64,000 nt of DNA from Chara braunii. Taxonomy: Eukaryota; Plantae; Charophyceae. The position numbers and the translations under genes are program-made. The first letter of the stretch is position 1. Every line of letters starts with the position of its first letter. Where the stretch lies: NCBI GenBank assembly GCA_003427395.1, contig BFEA01000006.1, positions 7,074,983-7,138,982 on the forward strand, read 5' to 3'. This document shows, piece by piece, positions 61,316 to 64,000 of this stretch. The notes under the pieces are model-generated. The model searched no databases. It saw nothing but the letters and a program-made list of their open reading frames with translations, and was not told the origin of the DNA.

Positions 61316-64000
61316 GGAAAATGCAGCAGCAACCAGTCCCAACCTCGGCTGGACACAGCATCCACAGTCCACAACTGCAGTCTCTCGAAGGTAATGATAC
61401 AACCGCCGTAGTAGCAGCGTTCGATGTGCACAGCAGCAGTCCGCAGCGGGGGACCGCGTCCTACTCAACAATAGTGTTTTTCGCAGTGCCCAACATAGTA
61501 ACAGCCCCCAACCTTGGCGTAGTGTCAGTCTGATTCAATGGCAGCGGTCGCTGCTGTATAGTCCCAAAAAAGTTGTTATGGGGGCAGATGAGAACCCCAC
61601 ACAACTCGCTGTATAGTCGTGCTGCAACCGTGATTTGCCCAACGCTTGCAGCCTTTGACAGACAGTAGCAGCCATATGCTACACTCGTAGTAAGGCAGTG
61701 CACCGACGGCCCCCGCCTGTGCCACAAGAGGCACAGCAAAGCCCGCAACCGGTACACCGTAAGAGTTACCGCTTCTTGATAGGTGTAAGGGGCCTGCCTT
61801 ATATAGCTCAAGGTACAAGCCTGTAGTGTCGTTAAACCAGGCTCAGCAACCTGTGGACCGCGTGCTGCGAAAGCCCGATCGAACTGCAGCAACGCTACTT
61901 AGTTACATACAGCAACCGTACTCCGCTGGCTGTCCTCAGCCGCAGCCCGTCTCTACGGTTAGTCATGACCCTCGAGCCCTCCTCACGACCGTCACTAGGA
62001 ACCCACAGCAGCGGGCGCCCTCCAAGTATATAACTTCAAAAGCCAACGGCCACGCAGGTGAAAAGGAACTCAACAGTGGCGTACAGTGAGGAATGGCGCC
62101 CCGCACCGCAACTCAAGTGTGCAAGCCTTCAGTGTCGCCCAACTGTGCACAGCAAAGGGTACTGTTCGCGCCGTATGCCCTTAACCATGGCGTCCCAACA
62201 GCTGCCCTGAACTGCCACGCCCTTTAGCAGGGACAGCCGCATGTTATTGCGCAGTCACACATTGCTATATGGTTGACTGTAATAGCCAGCTACACAGTTG
62301 GCAGTAATTATGAATCGTACCGCAACAGCAGTCTTTTGACCGCAACAGTGGGTGTTCCGTGGTGGCACAGTCTTGACAGCCGTTCCACAACCTCTTCAGC
62401 GGCAGCGAACTTAAGCCGTCCAGACCAGCACCAGTTCCCTGGTCTGAGCACACAGTGGTTTCCCCCTCCGTCTACCTACCGCTACTCAGTCTAGTAGGAC
62501 GCTTGTTCAAATTAGAGCACAGCCCCAGGCCCTATGCGAAATGTAGTATTACACAGCGGGCGTAGTGGTACCACCCGCAGAGGGCATAACAAAGCACAGT
62601 AACCCCAATGATATTCAACGGAAGGCGTCTAGCAGCCGCCGCTATGCTGCGAAGCACTATAGTCAGTGGGTGAAATCAGACAATACGCTCAGTAGGACTC
62701 CAACTTAAAGCCCACTATGTTCAGTGTTGTGCACAACAGAAAGCACCATGCGGTAACCAACAGCCGCAGTCTACGCAGGCCTAGTGTAATAAAAAATATA
62801 TATAACAATAATAAAAAAGAACATAATAAAAAAATAAGAATTTATGCTGCAACCAGGCCGTGATACTTCCAACAAGTTTGTTGTGGCAGCAAATGAAGCC
62901 CCACAGTCTGCTGGTGACAAGGGNNACCTCACCGGTAAGTTCCTCAACAAGTTTTGTGGAGTATGGTAAGCTCGGTCAGTCAGTAGTACACACAGTATGG
63001 AGTGGCGCCCAACTGTTTCTGTCCCTNANCGAGTCAGCCACTNACTGTATTCTATGTAATGCCGCAATAGTACCAGACTCTTCAGCCACTTAGACGCTGA
63101 GAAGAATGACTCCTCTACGGGTTGTCTATTGCCTGTGCCTTAGTAACAGTGGCGTAGTAGATTGGCAATCAGCAGTTCGGAGCATCCTGCCCGACAACAG
63201 CAGATGACCACTTCGACCCCAGGTCGGTCCGAGTTGGACTGCAGCCCCTAGCCAGGCCACGCAGCCTTTCGGCCAATACCGGCTTAGCAACAGTGACAGC
63301 AGTACGGTAACATCAGTACCAAAGCCTCTCAAGCAGTAGTCGGGGTAGTGATGGCGGTAGTGTCTGACGACTAGTTCTGCTTGCTGCGCTGACTCTCACA
63401 GCCCCAAACTCCCCTCCTCACGTTATCCCTCTCAGCGCCCCCTACTCTGAATGTGGTCAGCTCCAAATTGTGGGGAACCCAATCCAGACTGTAGCAGCGC
63501 GATCCGTAAGCAACATAAGAGCCTCCGGACACCGAACCCGCAGCGAACTGTCCAGCCGGGGCACGTTCCCTCCTCGCAAGCTAGTTCCAATCAGTAGGGT
63601 GCAGGCAGACCTCACAGTCTATCACTGTCCATCGCATCAGCTCCCTCAACTGGTCGGGGCTGCGCTTGCCTGCACCTCTCTCTCCCTCTCCTTATTTCGT
63701 CTCGCCCCCATTCGTACGTGTAACCACCCTCCTCTGTCCCAGTTGCAGCTAACTCATAACTCGGGTGGCTCGTTGAGCTTGGATGCCTGTTGACTGAGGC
63801 ATCTGACAATGGCAAGGGACAATCACCGCAGTGAAACCGCAGCTACTCAGGAAAGGATAGCGACGAGGCAGCAGAGGTGATCACGTCAACCACCAGATCG
63901 TGAGGAGGGGCTACAACAACTGCAGGGCAGACTCGACTACAACGAAGGTGGGGCTACGAGCCACACCAATGCCCACCCTCGATCATCGATACCTCCTTTT

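Overview
Eukaryotic, transposon-dominated genomic DNA. The plant-type CDC48B exons, TE-filled giant introns and Ty3/gypsy plus L1 mix suggest a streptophyte alga such as Chara (inference, not verified). The only recognisable host gene is the 3' end of a CDC48B/SPATA5L1(AFG2B)-type AAA+ ATPase. Its last two exons (3529-3733, 23028-23336) flank a 19.3-kb intron holding a chimeric Ty3/gypsy structure whose 5' LTR is interrupted by a ~9.8-kb L1-clade LINE. Downstream are a plus-strand LINE tail, a LINE with a twin-priming 5' inversion and TSD, and an older near-full-length LINE. Then come a non-chromovirus gypsy pol remnant followed directly by a ~3.8-kb decayed second Gag-like ORF, and a patch of heavily eroded LSU rDNA shards. 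The window ends with two inverted homologous segments enclosing a ~1.3-kb CRISPR-looking array of ~17 stem-loops with an invariant CCCTAACTTAAGGG core and co-varying outer stems. The strongest novelty candidates are the hairpin array, the Gag-like ORF 3' of integrase, and a structured 3'-terminal module shared between divergent LINE families. No searches were run; all family calls come from motif recognition, and many boundaries are approximate.
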